DNA of 64,000 nt from Azolla caroliniana. Lineage: Eukaryota; Plantae; Polypodiophyta. A program made the position numbers and the translations under genes. Of the stretch, positions 35,261 through 49,032 are shown one piece after another. Where the stretch lies: NCBI GenBank assembly GCA_043228905.1, contig JBHGNT010000003.1, positions 15,376,001 through 15,440,000 on the forward strand, read 5' to 3'. The notes beneath the pieces are model-generated. The model was not told the origin of the DNA. It did no database searches and saw only the letters and a program-made list of their open reading frames with translations. Every line of letters starts with the position of its first letter. Position 1 is the stretch's first letter.

Positions 35261-35400
35261 ATGAAGAGACATACTCGTAAATATGTTTCTAAGAGTCCAT
35301 CGAGGCTATATTTGTAAATAGCCGAAAAGTCATATTAGTATAAATATGACTTAGGGCAAACTTTTAGATATAGAGTGGTTGTCATTCTTGTTGGTGTAAG

Positions 35401-38400
35401 TGTTACCTCGTACGAGATGTACGGAGAGTCAAGTGTGATGAGCGAGGGTCGAATGTTATCATAATGTTGTGTATGTGTAGGGGGCATAAATGTAATTGTG
35501 AGTCAATACATATGTGAATACATGCACACGTGTGTGCATGTGGATGGATACAAGGAGGTATGAGTGAGTGTCCAGTATGAATGCTCTAGGGGGCTTACAC
35601 CCCTTTGTATCTACCCCCTCTTGTACTATTTAACCCCCTTATGGGGAATGAATGAAAAATGAATCATTTCTCTCTATCTATCTCTCTTTTCATCTCTCTC
35701 TCTCTTCCCTCCCCTTAACGTTGAACCCCCTTGGGAGGGGGGTGGAGCCATTCTAGGCACCACCCCCCACCCCGCAATGCTTCTCAATGCACATGATCTC
35801 TCTCGCCATCAATCCCATACTCTCCATCATCATCATAACCACCATGTATACCTTTATCATGATTATCATCGTCCTTAACCCTAGCCCTAAAACATACAAC
35901 ACCTTTTGGCGACCACTAAGGCGACCCCCCTTTGGAGACGGAGTTGAAGAATGATACGCGACAATGTGAGGCATAGTGATGATGATATGTAAGAGATGTC
36001 CGGGTAATGATGGCGATATGCAGCAAAAGGCGGAAGAAATCAGAAATGGAAGATTGACAAGATTGATTGCTGCACAATTCTACAACAAATTAATCTCTAT
36101 ATGTGAATGTTTTGTGTGGTCTGTTTTTGCCCTAAATGTCCGAGAAATGTTGGCCAAGATGTACAAAAACGGTGTCAATGCATGAGTGGAAGTTGCAAAA
36201 CAAGTTGCAAAAGGATGGCGTTACATGAGTGTCCGAGAATGGAAATGACAATGTGCAAATGTGCGGTTAGCAGCAACGTGTGCGTGTTCCAAGGAGACTG
36301 CGGAGGAAGACACAATGTGTGGAGCGTGGGCCAGCAAGATGTACGGTACCGGAATGGGACGTGTTCACAGTTTCCAGTTTCTAGAGAAGCAACGCGGAAA
36401 AAGTTGGAACCAGAACAAGAGTTGGTTGGCACCGAAGCGGTCGTAATGGCCGGGCGGCCGTCAGAGTAGACAGAGCCGAAACAGCAACAGTGACGTCGAA
36501 AAGCGACGAACGAAGAGACAACCGTCAGATATCAACGGCTGACATTCGGATGACGACTGAACAGACCGGCCATGCGACTGCAGACCGGCCGGACAGGGCC
36601 GACAAAGATGAGAGAGGCTTCAGGAACGGTCATCACCAACCGACAGCAGCCGGAGCGGCCGGAGGGCCGGACAAGGTCAGGGAAGCAAACAGGCCGCCAG
36701 GATAATGGACGGTGTCGGACGACGACGAAACCGACAGAGACGGTGATGGAGTCCGCAACGGAGGCAGCCGGAGCAACCGAGAGCCGAGGAGCGGCCAAAG
36801 CGACCGGAATAGCCAACCAATGGCCGGAGTGGCCAGATAGGCCCGGACAGAGACGGAACCGGCCAGAGCGATGGCGGTGGCTGAACAATCGACGACCGGA
36901 TCGGAGATGACGCTGAAACGAAGGGCCAAACAGACACACACAACAACAAACGAGGCATAAATGGACAGAGATGACAACCGGTCGGAAGGAGATACACCAA
37001 TATGTAGATGGAGACAACCGCGGATGCAGGACCAGAAGGACAAGCAATCAAAGAGCGGTCGGAACAACAATGATGACGGCAAAACAAGGGCAGCCACCGG
37101 AAAGGAGCCGGTTGCGGTCGAGGCGGCTGAAATGCACAGAAATGGCCAAAATGCAGCCGGAATGGCCAGAGTGGCTGAAATGTGCCCAGAAAGGCTGGAC
37201 AACTGACGCCAAAACAACGGGCCGGATAGTATCGGCGACAGATAGAGGAGCGGTGACAACCAACGGTCACGAGTGGCCGGTAGATGACAGAGACAAAGAA
37301 ATGGAGATAGTGACGGAGAGACCATGGAATGAGAGAAGGAACTAGAACACACAGAGAAGAAAGTAGAGAGTATAGAAGAGAAGGCAGAGAAGGCTTAAGA
37401 CAGAGGATGGAGAAAAATGAGCAAGGAAGAGGAAGACAAATACAGAAGAACAACAGAAGAAGAGAGGAGAGACAGGAAGGCAAGTAGAGAAGCGGGAAAA
37501 GAAAACAGAAAGAAAGAGGAAGAAGAGGCAAGAAAAAGAAAAAGACAAAAACGGAAAAAAAGAGGGAAAAAGAGAACGATAAGGGGCATTCGAGGAGTTT
37601 TGAAAACTTGAGGGCATTCGAAGAATTTCGAAAAACATGATGGCATTGAAAAAATAAAATAAAAATTTTTAATTTTTAATTTAAAAATCAAAGGGCACAT
37701 ACAAAATTTTGAAAACTCATCCACCTAAAGAAATGGACGTGATCGACCATACACAACTCAAAATAAAGGAAGAACACACATACATACAACATATTTTTGA
37801 CGACCCAAATGATTTTACGAAGTTCGTAAGTCGACAGAACGAGAATGTTCGTGTCGCAGAAGATTTGCTGACCGACAAATGTGTTTGAGTCAAGCATTCC
37901 GATCGAGGGAGTCGATCGTTGAAAGGACCGATGGAAGTTCCGGTCAAAGAAATATCATCATCAAGGCATGTGGGATCGACGTGCAAGGCACTTTCCCACG
38001 GGCGTGCCATATTGTGTTACCTCGTACGAGATGTACGGAGAGTCAAGTGTGATGAGCGAGGGTCGAATGTTATCATAATGTTGTGTATGTGTAGGGGGCA
38101 TAAATGTAATTGTGAGTCAATACATATGTGAATACATGCACACGTGTGTGCATGTGGATGGATACAAGGAGGTATGAGTGAGTGTCCAGTATGAATGCTC
38201 TAGGGGGCTTACACCCCTTTGTATCTACCCCCTCTTGTACTATTTAACCCCCTTATGGGGAATGAATGAAAAATGAATCATTTCTCTCTATCTATCTCTC
38301 TTTTCATCTCTCTCTCTCTCTTCCCTCCCCTTAACGTTGAACCCCCTTGGGAGGGGGGTGGAGCCATTCTAGGCACCACCCCCCACCCCGCAATGCTTCT

Positions 38401-38517
38401 CAATGCACATGATCTCTCTCGCCATCAATCCCATACTCTCCATCATCATCATAACCACCATGTATACCTTTATCATGATTATCATCGTCCTTAACCCTAG
38501 CCCTAAAACATACAACA
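35401..38517 (+). mobile_element. Non-autonomous LTR element (LARD/TRIM-like), very young, TSD GTAAG
   Basis: LTRs at 35401-35901 and 38015-38517 appear identical apart from (CT)n length; PBS TGGCGACCAC at 35907; no retroelement domains inside. Confidence 0.93.
37971..38009 (+). other. tRNA-3'-end-like motif / inverted PBS at the PPT position
   Basis: TGGGATCGAC-GTGCAAGGCAC-TTTCCCACGGGCGTGCCA, 5 nt before the 3' LTR; 35/39 identical to 31351-31389. Confidence 0.75.
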
Positions 38518-39750
38518 GTAAGAATAGAGTGAGCGCGTAACAGTGTACAGAGAGTGAGAGAGAAAGAGGTTGTTGCCTCTGTTGTAACCGCCGCCTGTGG
38601 CGAGGATCGTAAGCACGAAGGCAACGACCTCGTGCTTACGATCCTAAACCGACTCTATTGCGATAGTCAAAGTGTCATCCATCTTGCTAAGAATGCGGCC
38701 TACCATTCCCGGACGAAGCATATACAGCGAAGGTATCACTGGATCCGGGAAAGAGTAGATGACCAAGAGTTCGCGCTGATGAAGATCCACACGGCCGAGA
38801 ACGGTCATAGTAGACCTCCCGGACGATGTCCCAGATCCAATCGCTCTTTCTTCGTCCACCGTGCATGTCCTCCGTTTCCCTAGGCACATTCCTCCGCTCA
38901 CGCTGATCATCCGTCGATCCCGGCACCTCACCGCTCCGTCTTTCGTCTCGTACTTGCCTCTCAAAGGTGTTGGGAGACAGGTCCCTCCGGATGGGAAGGG
39001 AGAAGAACAGTGTCGATGAACAAACTAGGCCGAGGCCGAAACCGGATGAGGAGTACCCAGCTACGGAGAGCCGGATGGTGCAGACCCGGTATGAACCGGA
39101 TGAGGAGTACCCGGCTACAGAGAGCCGGATGGTGCAAACCCGGTATAAACCGGATGAGGAGTACCCGGCTACGGAGAGCCGGATGGTGCAGACCCGGTAT
39201 GAACCGGATGAGGAGTACCCGGCTACGGAGAACCGGATGGTACAGACCCGGTGAGAACCGGATGAAGAGACATACTCGTAAATATGTTTCTAAGAGTCCA
39301 TCGAGGCTATATTTGTAAATAGCCGAAAAGTCATATTAGTATAAATATGACTTAGGGCAAACTTTTAGATATAGAGTGGTTGTCATTCTTGTTGGTGTAA
39401 GAATAGAGTGAGCGTGTAACAGTGTACAGAGAGAGAGAGAGAGAGAAAGAGGTCGTTGCCTCTGTTGTAACCGCCGCCTGTGGCGAGGATCGTGAGCACG
39501 AGGTCGTTGCCTCCGTGAACTCACTGATTGTACATTCTAGCATAGTGATAGTTTGCAGCCTGTGGGCTGCCGTGGTTTTTTCCCTATTTGGGTTTTCCAC
39601 GTAAACATCCTGTCGACTCGTTTCTTCTTTGTGTCGTGTTTTATTTTCCGTTTTTCTGTGTATGATTCTAAGCTCGGTTGTGGCCGAGCGTTGTGTATAA
39701 GGAGCGTTTGAGTTCCCGTCAAGTGGTATCAGAGCGAAAGGACACAGAAA

Positions 39751-41681
39751 ATGGACGAATCATTTGGTGGCATGTTCAAGCTCACCGGCTCCAACTATTC
39801 AGTGTGGAAGTCGAAGATGAGGGACATGCTCGTGGTTAAAGACCTCTGGCTGCCGGTTCAGTTTGGGGACAAGAGACCGGACAAAATCGATGTCACGATA
39901 TGGGAGGTGATGCACATGAAGACAACGGCGTACATACGGTGCTTCATCGACATGAGCCTATACAACAACTTCAATGAAGAGAGCAAGGCTCATGAGCTCT
40001 GGGAGAAGATCGGCATAATGTTTCAAAACAAAAATGTTGTTAACCAGGTTTCGGTATTCCGGAAGCTAGTAAGACTCCGGTACCAAGATGGCTCCAACAT
40101 GGCGGAGCACATGAATGCCTTCCAGGGGCTGATCCACCAGGCAACATCACTGGAGGTACCTCTCGCCGATGAGGTACTAGCACTACTCCTGCTCGGTTCC
40201 CTCCCAGATAGCTGGGAGACGTTGGTTGTCACCTTGTGCAACGCCGGGCCGGAAGGGAAACGGTTATCCCTAGCAAGAGTAAAGTCGAGCTTGCTAGATG
40301 AGGAGGCGCATCGGAAAGATAAAGATACGAGCTCCAACTCCAAAGCGCTACTTACCGAATCGGAACGCGGAAGACATAGGAACCGTAGCCCCCAGAACCG
40401 GGAAAAGTCGGGGACACGGTCAAAGTCAAGGGGGAGGCCTACTTGCTTCTATTGCGGCAAGCCGGGACACTTCCAGAAGAACTGTCGGCATTTCCGGAAA
40501 GACAAGGAAACCGACGGTACCGATTCGAAACGGACACCGGACCGGAACGGTAAAGACCGGAGGGGGCCGGACCGGAAGGGGACGACGACAATCGCGGCCA
40601 GTGAAGAAGAGTTGATGCTCATCACCGAGGAGAGTGAGATAAACCTTGCCGGCGACGAGATGACCTGGGTGGTAGACTCCGGAGCGTCGTTCCACCTTAC
40701 CCCGGACCGGAAATGCTTCTCATCCTACTCAACCGGTGATCACGGCTGTGTCCGGATGGGGAATGAAGGTACATGCCGAATTGTCGGCATAGGAGACGTG
40801 TGGCTGTCAACACCAACCGGATGCAAGTTGCTGTTGAAGGATGTCCGACACGTTCCGGAGGTTCGTTTGAACCTGATATCAGCCAGTCGGCTAGATGATG
40901 AAGGCTACACGGGTAGCATCCGGAACGGTGTCATGAAGTTCAGCAAAGGGAGCCTGATTGTGGCTCGGGCCAGGAAGGTCAACACGTTGTACCTGATGAA
41001 TGCCCGGTTATGTCCGGAAGAAGTGAACGTGGCATCCGACACTACCGATGAGTTGTGGCACAAGAGGCTGTGTCATATGAGTGAGAAGGGGATGAAGAGG
41101 CTTGCAGACAACAACCTCATTCTAGTGAAGAACGTGCACTTGGAGAAGTGCACTGATTGTCTGGCCGGTAAGCAAAACCGGACCTCCTTCCGACCAAGGC
41201 CACCGATGAGACATAATGCACCACTGGAGTTGGTGCATACGGATGTGTGTCAAGTAGACACGAAGTCACATGCCGGAGCGCAGTACTTCGTGACATTCAT
41301 AGATGACCATAGCCGGATGTTGTGGGTCACACCGTTGAAGACGAAGTATCAGGTGCTATCCATCTTCAAAGAGCTCCACGCGAGAGTGGAAAGAGAAACC
41401 GGTCGGAAGCTGAAGGCGGTTCAAGCAAATAACGGAGGAGAATACCGGGGGCAGTTCGAGGAGTACTGCCGCTCGAAGGGAATCCGGCTCGAATTTACCA
41501 TGCCGAAGACGCCGGATCTAAACGGACTGGCCGGGAGGATGAACCGGACCATAATGGAGAGGGTCCGGAGTATGCTAGCGCATGCAAAACTACCCAAGAA
41601 GTTTTGGGCTGAGGCATTGTCGACGGCGACATATGTGATAAATAGATCACCCTCAGTACCCTTGGACGGAGACATGCCACA
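39751..41681 (+). pseudogene. copia-C gag-PR-IN, interrupted by copia-D
   Basis: CFYCGKPGHFQKNC, WVVDSGAS, WHKRLCH, HTDV, NGLAGRMNRT. Confidence 0.92.
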
Positions 41682-44600
41682 TGATGGAAATAAACGAAAC
41701 TTTCCAAACTTCACCTCTCGGCCACAACCAAGGAAACACACGAATCGTTGTTGCAGAAAATGGGAAATGCGAAAAATAGAGAGGACACACGATTTATCGT
41801 GGAAAACCCTGTACGGGAAAAACCACGGGAGTACAAGACTCCAAACCAACACTATACAAAGAGAAGTATACAATGGCGAGCTGCAAGGCGACGACCTTGA
41901 GTTCGCTGTCCTCGCCACAGGCGGCGGAAATACACAGAGGCGTCGACCTCTTCCTCTCTCTCTCGCGCTCTATCTCTCTCACGGCTGCTCTCTCTTCACT
42001 CCTCTAGAGTGGAAAAACAGAAAAATGAATAGCAACTACAAAACTGTTTGCCCTAAGTCATATTTATACATATATGACTTTGGGGCTATTTACAACTATA
42101 GCCTCAGGGGCCCTTAGCAGACATATTCACGGATATGTCCCTGCATCCGGATCTCTCTCCGGGTACATTCGTCATCCGGCTCCGAAGTCGGGGTCTTCAT
42201 CATCCGGTTCCGAAACCGAAACCGGGCTGGTCGGCATTCATCTCCGATATCCGACCATCCCATCCGAAGGGACCGTAATCCCAACAAACTCCCCCTTCAC
42301 TTCGGCATGGGATGTCTTTCCAATCCGATCCTCTTCCGGCATGCTTCCAGCTTGTCGGGTGTGAGCACCTTGGTCAGCATATCCGACCCGTTCTCGTCCG
42401 TGTGGATCTTCGTCAGCACGAACTCCTTGTCTTCTATCCTTTCCCGGATCCAGTGATATCTTCGCTGGATGTGCTTCGTCCGGGAGTGATAGGCCGCGTT
42501 CTTCGCAAGGTGGATTGCACTCTGACTGTTGCAGTAGAGTCGGTACTCCTCCTGCCGGATACCGAGCTCTCTAATGAAGTCCTTCATCCATATTATTTCC
42601 TTGCCGGCTTCAACAGCCGCCATGTACTCCGCCTCCGTGGTTGACAACGCAACCGTCTTCTGCAGCCTCGACTGCCATGAAACAGCTCCCCCTGCATACG
42701 TCATCACATACCCTGATGTGGACCGGCTGGTATCTGCATCAGCCGACATATCCGAATCGGTGAAGCCGTCGAGTTCGGGCTTACCGGAGCCGAATCGGAG
42801 GCACACGTTTGCCGTGCCCTTCAGGTATCGGAGTATCCACTTGGCCGCGTTCCAATGCTCTTTGCCGGGATTGCTCATGTACCGGCTCACCACTCCGACT
42901 GCGTATCCAATGTCCGGTCTTGTACACACCATTGCGTACATCAAGCTTCCGACGGCAGAGGCATATGGCACTTTCATCATGTCCTCCTTCTCAGCCTTTG
43001 TCTTGGGGCTTTGCTTGCTGGACAGCTTGCAGTTTGCCGGGAGGGTCGATCCGACCGGTCTTGCTTCCGACATGTTGAACCGTTTAAGCACCTTTGTCAC
43101 GTACTTCTCCTGTGACAGCCACAGCTGCTTCTTGCTCCGGTCCTGGATGATATGCATCCCCAGTATTTGCCTCGCCGGACCCAGGTCCTTCATTGAGAAG
43201 GTTCGGTGAAGAGCCTTCTTCAGCATCCGTATCTTGACCTGGTCCCGTCCGACGATCAGCATGTCGTCTACGTACAGGAGGAGTATTAGAAAGTCTCCTC
43301 CTTCGAACTTCTTCACAAACACGCAGTGGTCGGACTGCGTTTTGAGGTACCCTTCGTCGGTCATGAAGGAGTCGAACTTCCGGTACCATTGTCGGGGAGC
43401 CTGCTTCAGTCCGTAAAGGCTCTTCTTCAACCGGCATACCAGGTGCTCCTTCCCTTTCTTCTCGAATCCTTCCGGTTGCTGCATGTAGATCTCTTCTTCG
43501 AGGTCACCGTGAAGGAATGCCGTCTTCACGTCCATCTATTCTACCTCGAGGTCCATGCTTGCCGCTATGCTCAGCACCGTTCGGATGGAGGTCATCTTCA
43601 CTACCGGGGCAAATATCTCGTCGAAGTCGACGCCCTTCTTCTGCTGAAACCCCTTCACCACGATCCTGGCTTTGTATCTCGGGGGGTTTCCGGCATCTCC
43701 CAGTTTCAGCTTGAACACCCATTTGTTTCGAAGTGCCCGCTTTCCTTTCGGCAACTCCACAAGTTCATATGTGTGGTTCTCATGCAGGGAATCCATCTCG
43801 TCCTGCATGGCACTCAACCACCTGCGGCTATGGGTGTCATGCTTCGCTTCTTCAAAGCTCTCCAGCTCCCCCTCGTCGGTTAGCAGCACGTGCTCTGGTT
43901 CCGGAAATCTCCGGGGGGCCCTTCTCTCTCTTAGAGGATATCTCCGTTCCGGAGCTTCGGTAACCGGTTCTTCCGATTCTTCTTCATCCGAATCCATTTC
44001 GGGATCGGGGCCGGTTCCGGTATCATTTTCATCTTCTTCGGCCGGTTCTGTTTCTTCACCGTCTTCGGCCGGATCCTCGAGTGCTAACCGGTCCCTTGCC
44101 GGTCGGGACTGCTCCTCGTTGAGTTGATCCTCACCGGTCGACTTGGAGTTCTTCATCTTCTTCTCCGACTCCCAGTCGGCGAGTGTCTTGTCCTCCATGA
44201 AGATGATGTCTCGACTCCTGAATATCTTCTTGTCGACCGGGTCCCATACTCGGTAGCCGAACTCATCGTCGCCGTAACCGAGGAATATGCATGGCCGGGT
44301 CTTTGGATCTAGCTTTCCTCTCCGGTCCTTTGCCACATGCACGTATGCGAGACACCCGAACACCTTCAGATGCCGGTAGGATACTTCCCTACCGGTCCAC
44401 ACTCTCTGCGGCGTGTCTCCGTCCAAAGGTACTGAGGGTGATCTGTTTATCACGTATGTCGCCGTCGACATTGCCTCAGCCCAAAACCCCTTGGGTAATT
44501 TCGCATGCGCCAGCATACTCCGGACCCTCTCCATTATGGTCCGGTTCATCCTCTCGGCCAGCCCGTTCAGTTCCGGCGTCTTCGGCACAGTAAACTCGAG

Positions 44601-47005
44601 TCGGATTCCCTTCGAGCGACAGTACTCCGCGAACTGCCCCCGGTATTCCCTTCCGTTATCCGCTCGTATCGCTTTCAGCTTCTTGCCGGATTCCCTTTCC
44701 ACTCTCGCGTGGAGTTCTTTGAAGACGCACAACACTTGGTCCTTTGTCTTCAGCGGTGCCGTCCACAGTTTTCGGCTATGATTATCTATGAATGTTACGA
44801 AGTATTGGGCTCCGCCATGTGACTTCGTTTCTACCTGACACACGTCAGTGTGCACCAACTCCAGTGGTGCGCTACGTCTCGTCGGTGGCCTTGAATGGAA
44901 GGAGGTTCGGTTCTGCTTACCGGCCAGGCAATCGGTGCACTTCTCCAGGTGCACTTGCTTCACTGGAATAAGGTTGTCTTCTGCAAGCCTCTTCATCCCC
45001 TTCTCACTCATGTGGCACAGTCTTTTGTGCCACAGCTCACCGGCAGTGTTGGTTGCCACATTCAGCTCTTCCGGACATAATCGGGCATTCATCAGGTACA
45101 GTGTGTTGTCTTTCCGGGCCCGAGCCACTATCAGGCTCCCTTTGCTGAACTTCATTACGCCGTTCCGGATGCTACCTGTGTAGCCTTCATCGTCTAGCCT
45201 CCCGGCCGAAATCAGGTTCAATCGAACCTCCGGAACGTGTCGGACATCCTTCAGCAGCATTTTGCATCCGGTCGGGGTTGTCAACCACACGTCTCCTATG
45301 CCGGCAATCCGGCACGTACCTTCATTTCCCATCCGAACACAGCCATGCTCACCGGCTGTGTAGGATGAGAAGTATCTTCTCTCCGGGGTCAGGTGGAATG
45401 ATGCTCCGGAATCGACCACCCAGGTCGTCTCATCGCCGGCAATGTTTAGTTCACCTTCTTCGGTGATGAGCATGATTTCTTCCTCACTTGCCGCGAGTGT
45501 CGTCGTTCCTTTCCGGTCCTGCCCTCGCCGATCCGAACCTCTCCGGTCCGTGGCTCCCCGGTATGCACCGTTTCTCTCCGGTGACTTCTTCGAATCGGTG
45601 TCGTCGGCTCCGTTGTCTTTTCGGTAATGCCGACAATTCTTTCGGAAGTGCCCCGGCTTCCGACAGTGGAAGCATGTGGGCCTTCCTCTTGACTGCGACC
45701 GGGTCCCCGACTTCTCCCGTCTTTGCGGACTCCGGTTCCATTGTCTTCCCCGATCCGATTCGGTAAGCAGCGCCTTCGAGTCGGAGGCCGGTTCTTTGTC
45801 TCTCCGACGCGCTTCTTCGTTCAAAATACTTGTCTTTACCGTTTGTAAGGACAAGTTATCTTCGGTGCAGGAGGTGCTGAGAGTCACCACCAAGTTCTCC
45901 CAGCTTTCCGGCAATGTACACATCAGGATGATGGCTTGCATTGCATCCTCCAACGGGAACTTGATCGCCGCAAGCTGATTCACGAATCCCATGAACGTGC
46001 TTACGTGTTCCACCATACTCTCGCCATCCCGGTACTTGAGATTCACTATCTTCCTCATTAGGGAGGTCCGGTTCAACGCATTCTTCCTCTCGTAGAGGCC
46101 CGACAGCTTCCGCCACATCTCATATGCGTTGATGTCGTTCGCCACATGTTGTAGAACGCTCACGTCTACGTATTGCCGAATGGTTGCAACGGCTTTCCGG
46201 TTCAGAAGCCTCCATTCCGACTCAAGTACCCCTTTCGGTATTTCCGACCTGTCAATCGGTTTGTACAGGTCCCGAACAATCAGAAGATCCTCCATCTTGA
46301 TCTTCCAGTCGGCGTAATTCTGCGCATTCAGCACCATCATCCCCGGCTGCCCGCTGCCGCCGCCTTCCATTTTCTGCAGCAGTTCGCTCTGATACCAAAT
46401 TGATGGAAATAAACGAAACTTTCCAAACTTCACCTCTCGGCCACAACCAAGGAAACACACGAATCGTTGTTGCAGAAAATGGGAAATGCGAAAAATAGAG
46501 AGGACACACGATTTATCGTGGAAAACCCTGTACGGGAAAAACCACGGGAGTACAAGACTCCAAACCAACACTATACAAAGAGAAGTATACAATGGCGAGC
46601 TGCAAGGCGACGACCTTGAGTTCGCTGTCCTCGCCACAGGCGGCGGAAATACACAGAGGCGTCGACCTCTTCCTCTCTCTCTTGCGCTCTATCTCTCTCA
46701 CGGCTGCTCTCTCTTCACTCCTCTAGAGTGGAAAAACAGAAAAATGAATAGCAACTACAAAACTGTTTGCCCTAAGTCATATTTATACATATATGACTTT
46801 GGGGCTATTTACAACTATAGCCTCAGGGGCCCTTAGCAGACATATTCACGGATATGTCCCTGCATCCGGATCTCTCTCCGGGTACATTCGTCATCCGACT
46901 CCGAAGTCGGGGTCTTCATCATCCGGTTCCGAAACCGAAACCGGGCTGGTCGGCATTCATCTCCGATATCCGACCATCCCATCCGAAGGGACCGTAATCC
47001 CAACA
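41682..47005 (-). mobile_element. Full-length very young Ty1/copia (copia-D), TSD CCACA
   Basis: 605-bp LTRs at 41682-42286 and 46401-47005 (2 differences seen); iMet PBS ~46387-46397; PPT rc CTCCCCCTTC. Confidence 0.97.
42297..46370 (-). pseudogene. copia-D gag-pol polyprotein with a single in-frame TAG (43536-43538)
   Basis: All domains present; EVE*MDVK vs EVEQLDVK in copia-C. Confidence 0.93.
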
Positions 47006-49032
47006 CCACAGAGAGTATGGACCGGTAAGGAAGTATCTTACCGGCATCTGAAGGTGTTCGGGTGTCTCGCGTACGTGCATGTAGCTAAGGACTGGAGAGG
47101 AAAGTTAGATCCAAAGACCCGGCCATGCATATTCCTCGGTTACGGTGACGATGAGTTCGGCTACCGAGTGTGGGACCTGGTCGACAAGAAGGTATTCCGG
47201 AGTCGAGATATTATCTTCATGGAGGACAAGACGCTCGCCGATTGGGAGTCGGAGAAAAAGATAATGAACTCTGAGTCGACCGGTAAGGATAGACTCTATG
47301 ATGAGCAGACCCAACCGGCAAGAGATCGGTTAGCACTCGAGGAACCAGCTGGTTACGGTGATGATACCGGACCGGCAGAAGAAGAAGTAGAGGAAGCTGA
47401 AACTAGAACCGGCCAAGACCCCGAAACAGATTCGGATGAAGAGCAAATGGAGGAGCCGGTTACCGAAGCCCGAAGACGAAGATATCCTCTCTGAGAGAGA
47501 AGGCCCCCCCGGAGATTTCCGGATGCAGAGCATGTTCTGTTGACTGATGAGGGGGAGCCGGAAAGCTTCGAAGAAGTGAAGGATGACACCCACAGCCGAA
47601 AATGGTTAAGTGTCATGCAGGACGAGATGGATTCCCTGCATGAGAACCATACGTACGAATTGGTGGAGTTGCCGAAAGGAAAGCGGGCACTCCGAAACAA
47701 GTGGGTGTACAAGTTGAAACCGGGAGATGCCGGCAACCCCCCGAGATACAAAGCCAGGATCATGGTGAAGGGGTTCCAGCAGAAGAAGGGCGTGGACTTC
47801 GACGAGATATTTGCCCCGGTAGTAAAGATGACCTCCATCCGGACGGTGCTGAGTATAGCAGCAAGCATGGACCTCGAGGTAGAGCAGCTAGACGTGAAGA
47901 CGGCATTCCTTCACGGCGACCTCGAAGAGGAGATCTACATGCAGCAACTAGAAGGATTCGTGGAGAAAGGGAAGGAGCACCTGGTATGCCGGTTGAAGAA
48001 GAGCCTGTACGGACTGAAGCAGGCTCCCCGACAATGGTACCGGAAGTTCGACTCCTTCATGACTGATCAAGGGTACCACAAGACGCAGGCTGATCACTGC
48101 GTGTTTGTGAAGAAGTTCGAAGGAGGCGACTTCCTGATACTCCTCCTGTACGTGGACGACATGTTGATCGTCGGATGGGACCAAGTCAAAATACGGATGC
48201 TGAAGAAGGCTCTCAACCGGACCTTCTCAATGAAAGACTTGGGTCCGGCAAGACAGATGGTGGGGATGCATATTATCCGGAACTGGTCAAAGAAGCAATT
48301 ATGGCTGTCACAAGAGAAGTACGTGACAAAGGTGCTTCACCGGTTCAACATGTCAGATGCGAAACCGGTCGGATCAACACTTCCGGCAAACTGTAGGCTA
48401 TCCGGCAAGCAAAGCCCGAAGATGAAAGCAGAGAAGGCGGATATGATAAAGATTCCATATGCCTCTGCCGTCGGGAGCTTAATGTACGCAATGGTTTGTA
48501 CCCGACCGGATATAGGATACGCAGTCGGAGTGGTGAGCCGGTTCATGAGTAATCCCAACAAGGAGCACTGGAACGCGGTCAAATGGATACTCCGGTATTT
48601 GAAGGGCACTTCAAATATGTGTCTCCGATTCGGCTCCGGAAAACCTCAACTGGACGGTTTCACCGATTCGGACATGTCGGCTGATGTGGATACCAGCCGG
48701 TCTACATCCGGGTATGTAATGACATATGCAGGGGGAGCTGTTTCGTGGCAGTCGAGGCTGCAGAAGACGGTTGCATTGTCAACCACGGAGGCGGAGTACA
48801 TGGCAACTGTGGAAGCCGGCAAGGAAATATTATGGATGAAGGACTTCATCGGAGAGCTCCATATCCGGCAAGACGAATACCGACTCTATTGCGATAGTCA
48901 AAGTGTCATCCATCTTGCTAAGAATGCGGCCTACCATTCCCGGACGAAGCATATACAGCGAAGGTATCACTGGATCCGGGAAAGAGTAGATGACCAAGAG
49001 TTCGCGCTGATGAAGATCCACACGGCCGAGAA
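47006..49032 (+). pseudogene. copia-C IN C-terminus, RT and 3'-truncated RNase H
   Basis: [41 protein letters not shown]; ends at IHTAENG. Confidence 0.92.

Noticed and set aside
46371-46637. N-terminal extension of the 1033-aa ORF (and C-terminal extensions of ORFs 9333-10661, 39751-42117 and 47540-49114)
   Set aside because: These are read-through into LTRs or fused flank, not real protein
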